Assembly: GCA_963751455.1 (NCBI GenBank)
Contig: CAVVUN010000012.1
Coordinates: 64,001 to 128,000 of the forward strand
Origin: Nitrospirota bacterium
Lineage (GTDB): Bacteria; Nitrospirota; UBA9217
Length of the DNA stretch: 64,000 bases
Reading direction: 5' to 3'
This document shows, piece by piece, positions 38,040 to 49,381 of the stretch (the stretch's first letter is position 1; each line of letters begins with the position of its first letter). The notes beneath the pieces are model-generated. The model searched no databases and was not told where the DNA came from. It saw nothing but the letters and a program-made list of their open reading frames with translations. A program made the position numbers and the translations under genes.

Positions 38040-38365
38040 AACCTGCTCCTTTTTAACGGCAGGTTACCATCTTAAACTATTGTCCGAAAATTGGGGTCCA
38101 CTATAGTTTTAAAGTCAATTTTTAGAGCAAAGAACTATAAAACCAAAGTCATCTTCGACATACAAAAGTGGTTTGAAACAGATGATAGAAGTAGAGTGTG
38201 AAAATCATTTTATCAACGTTGAGAGAACAAGGGATCACTCATCAAGTAGTCGATCTCAAGAATTACTGATGTGAAACCGAAACGTCGAAGTAAATCGAAG
38301 TAAGTCCTTGATTAAAAGGGCATCTCGTTGTAAAATCATTATAAACGTTGATGGAGGTGTTCCTA

Positions 38366-38596
38366 ATGCCAATGAAAGTAAAAGAAATCGAAGAAGAGGC
38401 ACTTCGGCTTAGTTCGCATGAGCGAGCCCTGCTTGTCGAACATCTTATCGGAAGTTTGGAGCCCGATGAAGATCCTGACGCTGAGCGTGCTTGGATTAAG
38501 GAAGCCGAGCGCCGCTACCAGGACTACAAGGCAGGAAAAATGAAAACGAGACCATCTGAACAGGTTTTCAAAGAGGCCCGCGCAAAATTGAAATGA
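38366..38596 (+). CDS. Putative addiction-module antitoxin
   Basis: LSSHERALL, AWIKEAERR; overlaps the toxin start. Confidence 0.85.
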   Translation: MPMKVKEIEEEALRLSSHERALLVEHLIGSLEPDEDPDAERAWIKEAERRYQDYKAGKMKTRPSEQVFKEARAKLK

Positions 38597-38895
38597 TGCC
38601 GATTGACTTCCTTCCCGAGGCAGAGCAGGAAATGATCGAGGCTGCGCTTTACTATCAGTCTCTATCATCAGGCCTAGGAGATGACTATCTCGACGAGGTC
38701 GAACGCGCTGTTCGCTCCATAACATCCTCCCCGCAAACATGGCCAATTCTTGAAGGCAATTTGAGAAGACGGCTTATCAAAAGATTCCCCTTCGCTGTTT
38801 TATACAGGATTGAGCAGGATAAAATTCTGATGGTCGCTGTTGCCCATCTGAGAAAAAAGCCAGGATACTGGAAAAATAGAATCCGTACAAAGTAA
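38593..38895 (+). CDS. RelE/ParE-family toxin
   Basis: FLPEAEQE, RFPFAVLY, VAVAHLRKKPGYW. Confidence 0.9.
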   Translation: MMPIDFLPEAEQEMIEAALYYQSLSSGLGDDYLDEVERAVRSITSSPQTWPILEGNLRRRLIKRFPFAVLYRIEQDKILMVAVAHLRKKPGYWKNRIRTK

Positions 38896-38905
38896 ATACC
38901 CGAGA

Positions 38906-38966
38906 TTCCAACCTGCGCCTCCACAGCGACGCGCCATAAGGCGGCGCGTGACCCGCATCGTTATCG
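38906..38966 (+). mobile_element. attC site
   Basis: TTCCAACCTGCGCCTC...ACGCGCC/GGCGCGT...GTTATCG; left arm nearly identical to 34925. Confidence 0.75.
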
Positions 38967-39010
38967 CGTGAGACGGGCATCGGTGCGAGGAGCTTCGCTG
39001 GAGGAAAACC

Positions 39011-39382
39011 ATGTCAAAGACTAAACCAACAACTATTGCCGAATACATAAGCGCCGCTCCAAAAGAAGCGCAAAAGAACCTGCGCGAGCTGTATACAGTT
39101 CTCAAGAAAGTTGCACCGGGAGCTACGGAAGGTATGAAATGGGGATCGCCCGTATTTGAAGAGAAGCGAATTCTTTTCGCATTTGCCGCATTCAAATCGC
39201 ATCTCAATTTCATGCCAACCCCTTCGGCGATGAGGCCGTTCAAAAAGGAGTTGGCAAAATACACGATTGGCAAGGGTTCAATTCAATTCCCCTACGACAA
39301 ACGGCTGCCAAAGGCGCTCATACGCAAAATCGCTGCACTTCGCGTCAAGGAACTCAGAGAAAAGGATGTTAGATGGATGTAA
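39011..39382 (+). CDS. DUF1801/YdhG-like protein
   Basis: TIAEYI, APGATEGMKWGSP, GSIQFPYDK.LP. Confidence 0.85.
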   Translation: MSKTKPTTIAEYISAAPKEAQKNLRELYTVLKKVAPGATEGMKWGSPVFEEKRILFAFAAFKSHLNFMPTPSAMRPFKKELAKYTIGKGSIQFPYDKRLPKALIRKIAALRVKELREKDVRWM

Positions 39383-39417
39383 AGGCAAGCCGAGCTTTGC
39401 GAGAATTGCGGATGCGC

Positions 39418-39481
39418 ATCCAACATCACGCCCACCGCACGCCTCGCGGCCGGCGGACGCGGCTGAACTCGTTCGTTGCTG
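39418..39481 (+). mobile_element. Degenerate attC site
   Basis: ATCCAAC...GCTGAACTCGTTCGTTGCTG; arms pair poorly. Confidence 0.4.
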
Positions 39482-39592
39482 CCCGTAGATAGAGATTCTG
39501 GAAGTGTCCCTCTTGACAGCTCTATCGTGGATCATCTATCCTTAGACTAAGCCTTTTTTCTACTCCCCTACGACCTGGCTGCAAAAAAACAG

Positions 39593-39997
39593 ATGAAGGA
39601 TCTCTTCCACAAAATAGCGCACAAAACATCTGAACTGGTAGGCTCGCCTGCGGCCTTCATAATCGCGGCTGCTGTCATTGTTGCCTGGGCGATATCAGGA
39701 CCAGTCTTCAGGTTCTCCGACACCTGGCAGCTCGTCATCAATACCGGTACTACGATCGTTACTTTCCTGATGGTATTCCTGATTCAGAACACACAGAACC
39801 GCGACGCCAAAGTCATACAGCTCAAGCTCGACGAGCTTATCCGGGCGGGGAAAAAGACCCGAAACAGGCTGGTAGACCTCGAAGACCTTTCAGAAGAGGA
39901 GATCAGGGATATGGAGCTGGAATTTCAGCGTCTGCGCAAGCAGGCCAAGCCCGGGCGAATGCAACAAACCGAAAAAAATAATAAACGATCATCATAA
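39593..39997 (+). CDS. Low-affinity iron permease-family protein
   Basis: FSDTWQLVINTGTTIVTFLMVFLIQNTQNRD, KLDELI. Confidence 0.9.
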   Translation: MKDLFHKIAHKTSELVGSPAAFIIAAAVIVAWAISGPVFRFSDTWQLVINTGTTIVTFLMVFLIQNTQNRDAKVIQLKLDELIRAGKKTRNRLVDLEDLSEEEIRDMELEFQRLRKQAKPGRMQQTEKNNKRSS

Positions 39998-40041
39998 TCG
40001 GGTCCTTTTTCATTCCGGAACACGCCTTGCCTTCAACCACC

Positions 40042-41634
40042 ATGCATTCAAACCTTTCATTGAATAAAACCCTCCAGCATATCGTCATCCTGATTCTGGC
40101 GTCTGCAGTTTTCTTCTTTTTCAGGCTCGGGTCCGCGCCTTTGACCGAGCCGGATGAGGGAAGAAACGCGGAAGTTGCCAGGGAAATGCTTGTGACCGGA
40201 GACTGGTGCACGCCTCATCTCAACTTTGAGAGAAAGCTGAACAAGCCTGTTCTGCTCTTCTGGGCCTCTGCCTTGTCCATGAAGCTTGCCGGGGTCAAGG
40301 AAGGAGCCGCACGGTTCCCGTCGGCAGCAGCGGCAGCCGCGGGTGTACTTGCAGTCTATTTTCTGGGACGCAGGATGTTCGGGGACCGCGCCGGACTTCT
40401 CTCAGGACTCGTGCTCGCTTCAAGCCCTCTTTATTTCGCTTTCAGCAGGATAGTCATCTTTGACATGCTGCTCGCCGTCTTTATAACGCTTGCAATGTTG
40501 TTTTTTTATCTCGGCTTTACCGAAGCCGGACAAGGCCGTAAGAGGATTTTCTATCTCCTCTTCTATGCTTCCATGGCGTTCGCTGTCCTCGCCAAAGGAC
40601 CGATCGGCCTGGTGATTCCCGTTGCGGTCGTCAGCCTGCATCTTCTTTTAACTCGAAGCACGGGCCGTTTCAGGGAGATCGAGTTCATCCCGGGCATGCT
40701 CGTTTTGCTGATCATTGCCTCGCCATGGTACGTGCTGATGAGCGTAAAGAATCCGGAATTTCCGCGTTATTTCTTTATTACAGAACATATCGTGCGCTAC
40801 ACCACGGACGCCTTTTCCCGGACAAAGCCGTTCTGGTTTTACATCCCTGTGGTGATCGGCGGCATGTTTCCCTGGATTTTATTTCTTCCTTCGGTAATAA
40901 AGATATCCTGGAAAGAAATACGCAAAAACGGCCCAAATAAACCGGCGCTGCTCTTTCTTGTTCTGTGGACCGCGCTTGTCTTCCTTTTCTTCACTTTTTC
41001 CAGGTCAAAGCTTGCCGGCTATATTCTGCCCTTATTGCCTGCAGTTGCACTTATGCTCGGATCCTTCTGGGATGCATATCTGAAGAGAAAAAAAGCGCGG
41101 CTGTTCGGAGTTTTCCTCGCTGTCTCGCTGCTCATTTTCGGGACCGGACTTTGGGCCTGGAACGTCTATTCGCCGGAGCGGTCGTCCCGGAGTTTTGCGG
41201 AACGCGTTCTGGCCGAAAGGAGGTCCGGGGATGTGGTCGTCACGTATGAGTCGTTCCCGACTTCTTTCCTTTTTTACATGGGGCAGCAAGTTCCGATCGT
41301 TTCGGACAGTGAAAATTTCATCCCCGGGAATTTCAGTGAAAACGGTCCTCGGAAAAGGGCCGCCTCGGCGCCGGCTACAATCGATCACGCCCAGTTCGGA
41401 CGTTTACTTGCTGACCGGAGAAAGAACATCTACATAGTAGGCCACAGGAGCCATGGTCCCGCAATCTCGGCTGCGGTTGAAGGGAAAGGTGTGCGATTGC
41501 TTCTTGAAGGCCGAAAGATGTGCCTCTGGGTGCGAGGTGAATCTTCAGGACCTCTCACTTTACGGACTTTTCCCGGGACTGCATCCCCGCGCGCAGATAC
41601 AGCCAAACCCCCGGCAAACTCGCTGCAACAATAA
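40042..41634 (+). CDS. ArnT-like / GT39 membrane glycosyltransferase
   Basis: DEGRNAEVAREM, KPVL, ARFPSA, LAKGPIG, SKLAGYILP. Confidence 0.9.
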   Translation: MHSNLSLNKTLQHIVILILASAVFFFFRLGSAPLTEPDEGRNAEVAREMLVTGDWCTPHLNFERKLNKPVLLFWASALSMKLAGVKEGAARFPSAAAAAAGVLAVYFLGRRMFGDRAGLLSGLVLASSPLYFAFSRIVIFDMLLAVFITLAMLFFYLGFTEAGQGRKRIFYLLFYASMAFAVLAKGPIGLVIPVAVVSLHLLLTRSTGRFREIEFIPGMLVLLIIASPWYVLMSVKNPEFPRYFFITEHIVRYTTDAFSRTKPFWFYIPVVIGGMFPWILFLPSVIKISWKEIRKNGPNKPALLFLVLWTALVFLFFTFSRSKLAGYILPLLPAVALMLGSFWDAYLKRKKARLFGVFLAVSLLIFGTGLWAWNVYSPERSSRSFAERVLAERRSGDVVVTYESFPTSFLFYMGQQVPIVSDSENFIPGNFSENGPRKRAASAPATIDHAQFGRLLADRRKNIYIVGHRSHGPAISAAVEGKGVRLLLEGRKMCLWVRGESSGPLTLRTFPGTASPRADTAKPPANSLQQ

Positions 41635-42494
41635 TCCCCAGCCAGCATATTGCGAAACCCAATGCCTGCGGCGGTGCGACGCCGACGAGCGTCAACAGGT
41701 ACACGTATGCACCTTCACGCGGCCCGACACCACTTATCGAAATCGGAATAAACCCGGCCAGGGACGAAGCCGCATAAACTACGGCGTAATTCGCTGCTGG
41801 TATGTGAAGCCCCATGGCATTTCCCAGCATGATATGGATCATGACGAGCAGAGAATGAAAAACAAAAGACCAGGCAAAAGCGCTTAAGACGGCATCCTTG
41901 CGGTGCCAGTAAATCGAAATATCTTCTGCAAATGATATCGCCCAGGTCCGTTGTTTGAATATTGTCCCGGCAAGCCTGGGGATGAACGGCGGAAACACAA
42001 CGCTCAGAAGCATGCCTGCTCCGGCCAATCCGTATGTTAGTGGGGAAAACAGGCTTCCGGGCGCGATGAACAGGGCAAGGGTGCCCGTCCAGAGCATCAT
42101 CACAAAGCCTGTAACGCGCTCGGCAAGCACCGTGTAAATCGCCGGCGCCTTTCTTCCCGAAGCGTCCTGCCGCGACAGATACCAGCATTTTATACCGTCC
42201 CCGCCGATTGACGTCGGCAGAAACAGGTTGAAGAACATCCCTATAAAATAATAGGAAACATGGCTTCTCAACGGAGTGCAAAAGCCGGCTGCATCCGAGA
42301 GCAGCTTCCAGCGGTAGGCGCTGACGACCTGGGCCAGGGCATAGATGAGAACAGCGGAAATGAAGACGAGCCGGGGAAGACCCAGGACAACCCGGAGCGT
42401 TTCCTGAACGTTCGCGCTCCTCGCAAGAATGATGACAAGCGCGCTGCTGATCCCGGCCTTGATAAGGATCGCGAGCGGCTTACGGATTGCCATG
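41555..42494 (-). CDS. Lysylphosphatidylglycerol synthase TM/flippase-like membrane protein
   Basis: YRWK, FFNLFLPTSIGGD, PISISGVGPRE. Confidence 0.85.
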
Positions 42495-43493
42495 GCTCTC
42501 GTCATCCCAGGAGCCGTACAGTTCCCGAACACGGAACACGGCCTTATTCTGAGATTCAAAATAGGTCCTTATCAGGATTTCCGCAATAATTCCCGTACTG
42601 ATGAATTGGACCCCCATTATGGTAAGGACAATGCCAAGATCGAGAAGCGGCCGCTCACCGATCGAATGACCATATATAATCTTGTCAACCCCCAGGTAGC
42701 CGCAAAGGGCCAGACCGGCGCCGAAAGAAGCCATGCCGAAACCCCCGAAAATATGGAGCGGCCTTGTTATGAACCGGCGAAAAAATACGACGGTCATGAG
42801 GTCCAGGACGACCCTGAATGTTTTTGAGAGGTTGTATTTGCTCTTGCCGAAACGGCGGGGATGATGCGCGACAGGGAGCTCCGCGATGCGGGCGCCCTCG
42901 ATGCCGGCAAGCGCCGGAATGAAACGATGCATCTCACCGTACAGAGGCAGGGTTTTCGCGATATCCGAGCGGTAGGCTTTGAGCGAGCACCCGTAGTCGT
43001 GCAGGCGGACGCCGGACACGGCGCTGATCAGCCTGTTCGCTATTCTCGACGGCAGAGTCTTTCTGATAAAATCGTCCTGCCGGTCCTTGCGCCAGCCGCT
43101 CACCACGTCATACCCTTCCTCGATCTTTTCGAGGATCTTCGGGATGTCGAGGGGATCGTTCTGAAGATCGCCGTCCATGGTTACAATGATCTCCCCTTTC
43201 GCATATTGGAAGCCGGCAGCCAGCGCCGCTGTCTGCCCGAAATTTCGCCTGAACCGGATAGCCTTTACATTCGGATACTTCTCGGAAAGGGACCTGAGCA
43301 CCCGGTCGGTCCCGTCTCCGGATCCGTCGTCGATGAATATAATCTCATACGGCATGCCAAGCGTTGACAAAACGTCGAGTACTCTGAATGCAAGAATTTT
43401 CACATTGTCCGCTTCATTATAGACCGGGATAACAACTGACAAACGCGGTTTCTCCGCAGATATGATCTTCTTTTCGAATTGCGGAGCAATCAT
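42480..43493 (-). CDS. GT2 polyprenol-phosphate glycosyltransferase (ArnC/GtrB-like)
   Basis: SVVIPVYNE, DDGS, RNFGQ, DGDLQND, MHRFIP. Confidence 0.93.
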   Translation of the reverse strand: MIAPQFEKKIISAEKPRLSVVIPVYNEADNVKILAFRVLDVLSTLGMPYEIIFIDDGSGDGTDRVLRSLSEKYPNVKAIRFRRNFGQTAALAAGFQYAKGEIIVTMDGDLQNDPLDIPKILEKIEEGYDVVSGWRKDRQDDFIRKTLPSRIANRLISAVSGVRLHDYGCSLKAYRSDIAKTLPLYGEMHRFIPALAGIEGARIAELPVAHHPRRFGKSKYNLSKTFRVVLDLMTVVFFRRFITRPLHIFGGFGMASFGAGLALCGYLGVDKIIYGHSIGERPLLDLGIVLTIMGVQFISTGIIAEILIRTYFESQNKAVFRVRELYGSWDDESHGNP

Positions 43494-44665
43494 TTTGCCT
43501 GCTCCTTGCTGAGCGCTCCACGTTCATTATTGATCGGAACGCGGGGGATACCGGAATATTCTGCTGTTCGTTTTCTCTTTTGGCCTGTTCCTGCACGGAC
43601 TCGTGCGGAGCGAGGTGTCGTGTAGTTCAAGACAGCCTTGCCTGCGCCGCCCTGAACACCCGTTTTCGCGCCGTAGAACAGCGTATACCACTCCACAAAG
43701 TTCCTGAGACCTTTCTCAAGTGGAGTGTGCGGACTGAACCCTGTGTCCCTCATGAGCGCCCCCACGTCGGCGCAGGTTGTACGGACATCTCCGGGCTGCA
43801 TAGGCTGCGGTTTGACAACGGCTTTTTTGCCGATGCAATCCTCAAGTACCTCTATGAACCGGCTGAGCTCGATCGTGGTGTTATTTCCGATGTTGTAGAG
43901 ACGATACGGCACTACTCCAGCGCCATCACCGGAGCCCCCGTCCGTATGCCGAACAAAGCTTTTGGCCATGATCCGCACAATTCCTTCGATTATATCGTCA
44001 ATGTAGGTAAAATCGCGGCGCATGTCCCCGTTATTGAACAGCTTGATCGGCGTGCCTTCCATGATCGCCCGGGTAAACATGAAATAAGCCATGTCGGGCC
44101 TGCCCCAGGGACCGTACACCGTAAAAAAGCGGAGGCCGGTGACGGGCAGACCATAGAGGCTGGCATAGGCATGTGCCATCATTTCATCAGCCTTTTTGGT
44201 TGCTGCGTAGAGCGAGACAGGACGGTCCGTGTTGCAGTTTTCTGAAAACGGAGCTGTATTGTTTTCGCCATACACTGAACTGGACGATGCAAAAATGAGA
44301 TGCTTGACTTTCGACTTTCTGCATTCTTCGAGAACATTGAGAAATCCCATAACATTGCTTTGACCGAAGGCATACGGGTCAATGAGAGAGTATCTGATTC
44401 CCGCCTGAGCAGCCAGGTTCACAACAATCTCGAACGTGTGGCCGGAGAAAATCGTCGCAATCGCGCCACGGTCCGCAATATCGATCTTTTGAAACAGGAA
44501 AGCGCTGTTTTTTGCCAGCAAGTGCAGGCGGGCTTTTTTAAGACCGATGTCATAGTAGTTATTGAGATTATCGATTCCAACCACAGGATAGCCCCGGTTG
44601 AGAAGGTTCTGACAGAGATGAAATCCGATAAAGCCGGCTGCGCCGGTTACAAGCACTTTTTTCAT
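43490..44665 (-). CDS. NAD-dependent epimerase (UDP-glucuronate 4-epimerase-like)
   Basis: TGAAGFIG, LAAQAG, YAATKK, RFFTVYGPWGRPDMA. Confidence 0.93.
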   Translation of the reverse strand: MKKVLVTGAAGFIGFHLCQNLLNRGYPVVGIDNLNNYYDIGLKKARLHLLAKNSAFLFQKIDIADRGAIATIFSGHTFEIVVNLAAQAGIRYSLIDPYAFGQSNVMGFLNVLEECRKSKVKHLIFASSSSVYGENNTAPFSENCNTDRPVSLYAATKKADEMMAHAYASLYGLPVTGLRFFTVYGPWGRPDMAYFMFTRAIMEGTPIKLFNNGDMRRDFTYIDDIIEGIVRIMAKSFVRHTDGGSGDGAGVVPYRLYNIGNNTTIELSRFIEVLEDCIGKKAVVKPQPMQPGDVRTTCADVGALMRDTGFSPHTPLEKGLRNFVEWYTLFYGAKTGVQGGAGKAVLNYTTPRSARVRAGTGQKRKRTAEYSGIPRVPINNERGALSKEQAK

Positions 44666-44910
44666 AGTTGTTCAGGATGTGCGAATGGCTGGAAAGAATG
44701 TAACCGGCGGGCGTCTATCCCGTGGGCGCACACTAAAAAGTATAACAACATCGGACGAAGCTGTCTACGGATGTTCTTTTTTTTGAACGGGAGCTGTCGC
44801 TTAATAATTCTTTAGGATTAAAAAAGCAGGAAGAAAACGATAAAGAGAATTCAGCCGGGATTGGATTTTCAGAAAACCAGGATGTGCAGAGGCAGAATTT
44901 TGAAGAGAAG

Positions 44911-45717
44911 TTATTTTATCAAATCCGAATACTCCGCTGGTTTCCGCTGCTTGAGGAAACCCCACGTCTCGGAAGCTGCATCGCGTTCCTTCAGGTCGAT
45001 ATCGGCAATAACAATCGCGTCCTTGCTGCCCGCAAGCTCGGAGATCGTTTCTCCCCACGGATCCACGCAGAAACTCCTGCCGTAGAACGAAATGTCGTCT
45101 TCCCTGCCGACGCGGTTCACCCGGAAAATGAAGATGTTGTTGGCAAAGGCGTTTGCCGATATAGCCCGTTCCCAGAGACTGCGCGTGTTGAGGCCAGCCG
45201 CAGTCGGCGCGAACACGATCTCTGCGCCTTTGAGCGCAAGGACCCGGCTTCCCTCCGGAAACAGGTTGTCCCAGCAGATCTGGACTCCGATTTTTCCGTG
45301 AGACGTTTCGAATACCGGCAGTCCTATGTTTCCGGGAGAGAAGTAGAACTGCTCGCGATAAAATTGAAGGTTGGGAATATGTATTTTACGGTAAACACCG
45401 AGAAGCCTGCCGCAGTCGAGGACGGCCGCGCTGTTATAGTACTTGCCGTTTGAAGTCTCGAAGAACGGGATAACGAACACTGTTCCCGTTTCTTTTGAAA
45501 GCGGCAGAAAGCAGTCTATTACATCGGAAGAAGCATCATGCGACAGCGAGAAAAATTCCTTGTTCTCCTCTTTTAAGAACCACGGCGAAAGAAAAAGCTC
45601 GGGATAGCATATGATCCGTGCCCCCTTGTCAGCCGCAACCTGCGCCATCTCGAGTGCGCGCTCGATGTTCCGCCCATTGTCCTTACCCGCGCTTATTTGA
45701 ATGCCCGCTATCTTCAT
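44911..45717 (-). CDS. Carbon-nitrogen hydrolase (nitrilase superfamily)
   Basis: PELF, YRKIHIP, ICWD catalytic triad. Confidence 0.92.
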   Translation of the reverse strand: MKIAGIQISAGKDNGRNIERALEMAQVAADKGARIICYPELFLSPWFLKEENKEFFSLSHDASSDVIDCFLPLSKETGTVFVIPFFETSNGKYYNSAAVLDCGRLLGVYRKIHIPNLQFYREQFYFSPGNIGLPVFETSHGKIGVQICWDNLFPEGSRVLALKGAEIVFAPTAAGLNTRSLWERAISANAFANNIFIFRVNRVGREDDISFYGRSFCVDPWGETISELAGSKDAIVIADIDLKERDAASETWGFLKQRKPAEYSDLIK

Positions 45718-45815
45718 AGATTCAGACGGAGCGACGGGGAGGTGGGCGAGGGGCGAACTGAAACTTCTTTGATGTCACCGCGTCTCTTAATCGCCGCGTC
45801 CCCGTGTCGTCGTTT

Positions 45816-48452
45816 TTACTTCCCGTGGCACTTCTTGTACTTGAGGCCGCTTCCGCACGGACAGGGCTCGTTTCTGCCCACCTTCTGCCCTGCATGAACG
45901 GGCTCGGCCGGCCTGGCCCCTTCCGCTCCGGCGCCCACAAAGCTGAGGTTTGCTATCTGGCGTTTTTGACGGCGTTCAATTTCTTCGCCCTGGCTCCGGG
46001 CGGCCATCTTGATTCTGAACAGGTTTTCGACGGTCGATTCGACGATGCGCAGCTTCATCTCCTCGAACATGTCGAACCCTTCTTTTTTATATTCGATCAG
46101 CGGGTCTTTCTGGCCGTATCCGCGAAGACCGATACCCTCTTTCAGATGGTCCATAGCGAGAAGGTGGTCTTTCCACTGGTGGTCGACTGCCTGCAGCATG
46201 AACACCTTCTCGAGGTGCCGCATGAGCTCTGTGCCGATTTCCTTCTCTTTGTTTTCGTAGCTTTCCGTTAGCGCTTCCCAGAGCTTTTCGCGAAGCTCTT
46301 CCCGGGACAGGGCCTTCGGATCAATGCCGGCCAGGTGATAGGAAAACTTGGCGGCAAGCGCATCTCTGAGGCCGGTCACATCCCATGTTTCGGGATAGGC
46401 GTTTTCGGGACAGTAGAATGCCAGCATTCCGTCAAGCATTTCCTCTGCAAGCCCGAGCACTTCTTCCTTGAGGTCCTCGCCGGCCAGGATCTGGCGGCGC
46501 TGCTCGTAGATGACTTTCCGCTGCTGGTTCATGACGTCGTCGTATTCAAGAATATGCTTCCGCATCTCGAAGTTGTGATTTTCCACCTTCTTCTGCGCGT
46601 TCTCGATCGCTCGCGACACCATGCGGTGCTCTATCGGCACGTCTTCTTCCATCCCGAGTCTGCCCATGAGCCCCGAGATGCGGTCGGACCCGAAGATGCG
46701 AAGCAGGTCGTCCTCGAGCGAGAGATAAAACCGGGATGACCCCGGATCTCCCTGCCGGCCGGAGCGTCCGCGGAGCTGGTTGTCGATCCGCCGGGCCTCG
46801 TGCCGTTCGGTGCCGAGAATGTGCAGACCGCCCGCTTCTATCACCTTTTCTTTTTCGGCCGCGCACACCGCCTTGAACTGCTCGACCGTCTTATCCCATT
46901 CTTCCCTGGTGTATTCCTTGCCCTTGAGCGCCTGGCGTGCGAGCCCTTCCGGGTTTCCGCCCAGGACGATGTCCGTGCCGCGGCCGGCCATGTTCGTGGC
47001 TATCGTGACCGCTGCATACCTCCCTGCCTGGGCCACGATCTCCGCCTCCATCTCGTGGTACTTGGCGTTCAGGACCGAATGCTTGATGTTTTTCTTCTTC
47101 AGTATCGCGGCCAGCGTCTCGGATTTGACGATCGAGATTGTACCGACCAGAACGGGCTGACCCTTCTTGTTCAGCTCTTCAATTTCCGCGATTGCCGCGT
47201 TGAACTTCGATTTTTCGTTTTTATAGATAAAGTCGGCGTTGTCCTTGCGGATCATCGGCCGGTGCGTCGGGATGACTACGACGTCGAGATTGTAGATCTT
47301 GGCGAATTCGGGGGCCTCTGTTTCCGCGGTTCCCGTCATACCTGCAAGTTTTCCGTACAGACGGAAATAGTTCTGGAACGTGATCGAGGCAAGCGTCTGG
47401 TTCTCGTTCTCGATCTTCACGCCTTCCTTAGCCTCGATCGCCTGGTGCAGGCCGTCGCTCCAGCGTCTGCCGGGCATCAGCCGGCCCGTGAATTCGTCCA
47501 CGATCATGACCTGGTTGTCCTTCACCACGTAATCCACGTCCCGATTGAACAGGGCATGCGCCTTGAGCGCCTGGTGCACGTGATGAACCAGGTCGACATT
47601 GGAGGGGTCATACAGATTGCCGGCTCCGAGCATTCGCTCCACTTTGACGTTGCCTTCCTCGGTCAGTGCCGAAGTCTTCGTCTTCTCCTCAATGGTATAA
47701 TCAACATCTTTCTTCAGGCTCGGGATGATCCGGTTGATCTTGTAATACTTGTCGGTGGATTCTTCCGTCGGGCCGGATATGATCAACGGTGTCCTGGCCT
47801 CGTCGATCAGGATCGAGTCCACTTCATCGACAATGGCGTAATTCAGCTCCCGCTGCACAAAGTCCTTGAGGTCGAACTTCATGTTGTCGCGGAGATAATC
47901 GAAGCCGAACTCGTTGTTCGTTCCATACGTCACGTCCGCTCCGTAGGCCTGCTGCCGTTCTTCGTCGGTCAGTCCGTGCACAATGACGCCCACGGTCAGT
48001 CCGAGAAATGAATAGACCGGTCCCATCCATTGCGCGTCGCGCCTGGCAAGATAGTCGTTCACGGTCACCACATGGACACCCTTGCCGGTAAGGCTGTTCA
48101 GGTAGACAGGAAGCGTGGCAACGAGCGTCTTCCCTTCCCCCGTTTTCATCTCCGCGATCTTCCCGTTGTGCAGCACGATGCCGCCGATAAGCTGCGCGTC
48201 AAAGTGCCGCAGTCCGAGCGTCCTCTTCGAGGCTTCACGCACGACGGCAAAGGCTTCCGGAAGAATATCGTCCGGGGTCTCGCCCCGATCGAGCCTCTGC
48301 TTGAACTCTCCGGTTTTGGCCCGGAGTCCGCTGTCCGAAAGCGCGGAAACACCGGACTCGAGCTCATTGATCCTGTCAACGGAAGCTTTGATTCTCTTTA
48401 TTTCCCGTTCATTTGCGGTGCCGAATACTTTTTTTAAAATCGTTCCGATCAT
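45816..48452 (-). CDS. secA: Preprotein translocase ATPase SecA
   Basis: [49 protein letters not shown]. Confidence 0.99.
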   Translation of the reverse strand: MIGTILKKVFGTANEREIKRIKASVDRINELESGVSALSDSGLRAKTGEFKQRLDRGETPDDILPEAFAVVREASKRTLGLRHFDAQLIGGIVLHNGKIAEMKTGEGKTLVATLPVYLNSLTGKGVHVVTVNDYLARRDAQWMGPVYSFLGLTVGVIVHGLTDEERQQAYGADVTYGTNNEFGFDYLRDNMKFDLKDFVQRELNYAIVDEVDSILIDEARTPLIISGPTEESTDKYYKINRIIPSLKKDVDYTIEEKTKTSALTEEGNVKVERMLGAGNLYDPSNVDLVHHVHQALKAHALFNRDVDYVVKDNQVMIVDEFTGRLMPGRRWSDGLHQAIEAKEGVKIENENQTLASITFQNYFRLYGKLAGMTGTAETEAPEFAKIYNLDVVVIPTHRPMIRKDNADFIYKNEKSKFNAAIAEIEELNKKGQPVLVGTISIVKSETLAAILKKKNIKHSVLNAKYHEMEAEIVAQAGRYAAVTIATNMAGRGTDIVLGGNPEGLARQALKGKEYTREEWDKTVEQFKAVCAAEKEKVIEAGGLHILGTERHEARRIDNQLRGRSGRQGDPGSSRFYLSLEDDLLRIFGSDRISGLMGRLGMEEDVPIEHRMVSRAIENAQKKVENHNFEMRKHILEYDDVMNQQRKVIYEQRRQILAGEDLKEEVLGLAEEMLDGMLAFYCPENAYPETWDVTGLRDALAAKFSYHLAGIDPKALSREELREKLWEALTESYENKEKEIGTELMRHLEKVFMLQAVDHQWKDHLLAMDHLKEGIGLRGYGQKDPLIEYKKEGFDMFEEMKLRIVESTVENLFRIKMAARSQGEEIERRQKRQIANLSFVGAGAEGARPAEPVHAGQKVGRNEPCPCGSGLKYKKCHGK

Positions 48453-48810
48453 CAGTCTGTTCTCTCCGGTAAGAATCACAACCAGCCTTGTAACTGGGGC
48501 CGGCCGCTATATTCTTGTTTCTCAGCTTCCATCAAACTTCATAAGCTCGAGTAAATATCGATCCTCTTTTGATGGAACTGTTTTCAATAATAATCGTTTT
48601 TCGCTTGAAATTCAAGGAGAAATATCCCGTCGACCGATTGGGAGGCACAATTATCGAGAGGCACTAAAGCAAATAGCGTGAGCAGATCCATAACCCGCTT
48701 CGCGCACAGCAATCTGAATGAAAGCCGAATGGCAAAATACCACAAACGTGGTTGGAGAAAAATGATATTTCGTGCTTGACAAAAAAAAACAATACGTGTA
48801 CAAAATAAGT

Positions 48811-49143
48811 ATGAAAAGCATTATATCCGACAAATCCCTGTTTGAAATGCAGGCCGAAATCTGCAAAACCCTTACCAATCCCAAAAGAATAGAAATTCTG
48901 AATACCCTCCGAAACGAAGAAAAGACTGTTACAGAACTGGTTGCCGCCTTAGGCGCTTCAAAAGCGAATGTTTCACAGCACCTCGCCGTCATGCGCCACA
49001 AAGGAATCCTGTCAACGCGCCGTGAAGGCGTAAACATATATTACCGGGTCTCGAACCCGAAGGTGATAGAAGCATGCTCCTTGATGAAAGAAGTTCTTTT
49101 TGAGCAGCATGCTGCGAAGAAAAAGGCGGTCACCGGGATCTAG
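48811..49143 (+). CDS. ArsR/SmtB-family regulator
   Basis: NPKRIEIL, VSQHLAVM, RREG..IYY. Confidence 0.92.
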   Translation: MKSIISDKSLFEMQAEICKTLTNPKRIEILNTLRNEEKTVTELVAALGASKANVSQHLAVMRHKGILSTRREGVNIYYRVSNPKVIEACSLMKEVLFEQHAAKKKAVTGI

Positions 49144-49381
49144 GCTGAAAACCCAAACACTCTCTTTTTTTGATTATATAGTTTCAATAGTTATTAACTT
49201 ATTAACTATACGCCCTAATTATATCCTGCCGACAGAGGAGGTGAACCTACGTAACTCCTGCAAGCACGCTTCATCCAATCCCGATTTTTAACAACAGACA
49301 GATAGTTTGGGGTATGCCCCGGGGTCACGCATTCACGGCTATAGGGCAATCTCCACTCAAAAAATTTAGGAGGTTTTACGA

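Larger units (their letters stand above)
36771..38105 (-). mobile_element. IS3-family insertion sequence
   Basis: Inverted ends AGTGGACCCC...GGGGTCCACT; orfA/orfB arrangement; possible GTT target duplication. Confidence 0.92.

Noticed and set aside
46800-48011. 403-aa plus-strand ORF and similar long antisense ORFs (24641-25543, 49463-50488, 51264-52415)
   Set aside because: Shadows of well-supported genes on the opposite strand.
49200-49380. Possible riboswitch upstream of the outer-membrane protein gene
   Set aside because: No recognisable aptamer consensus; needs an Rfam scan.
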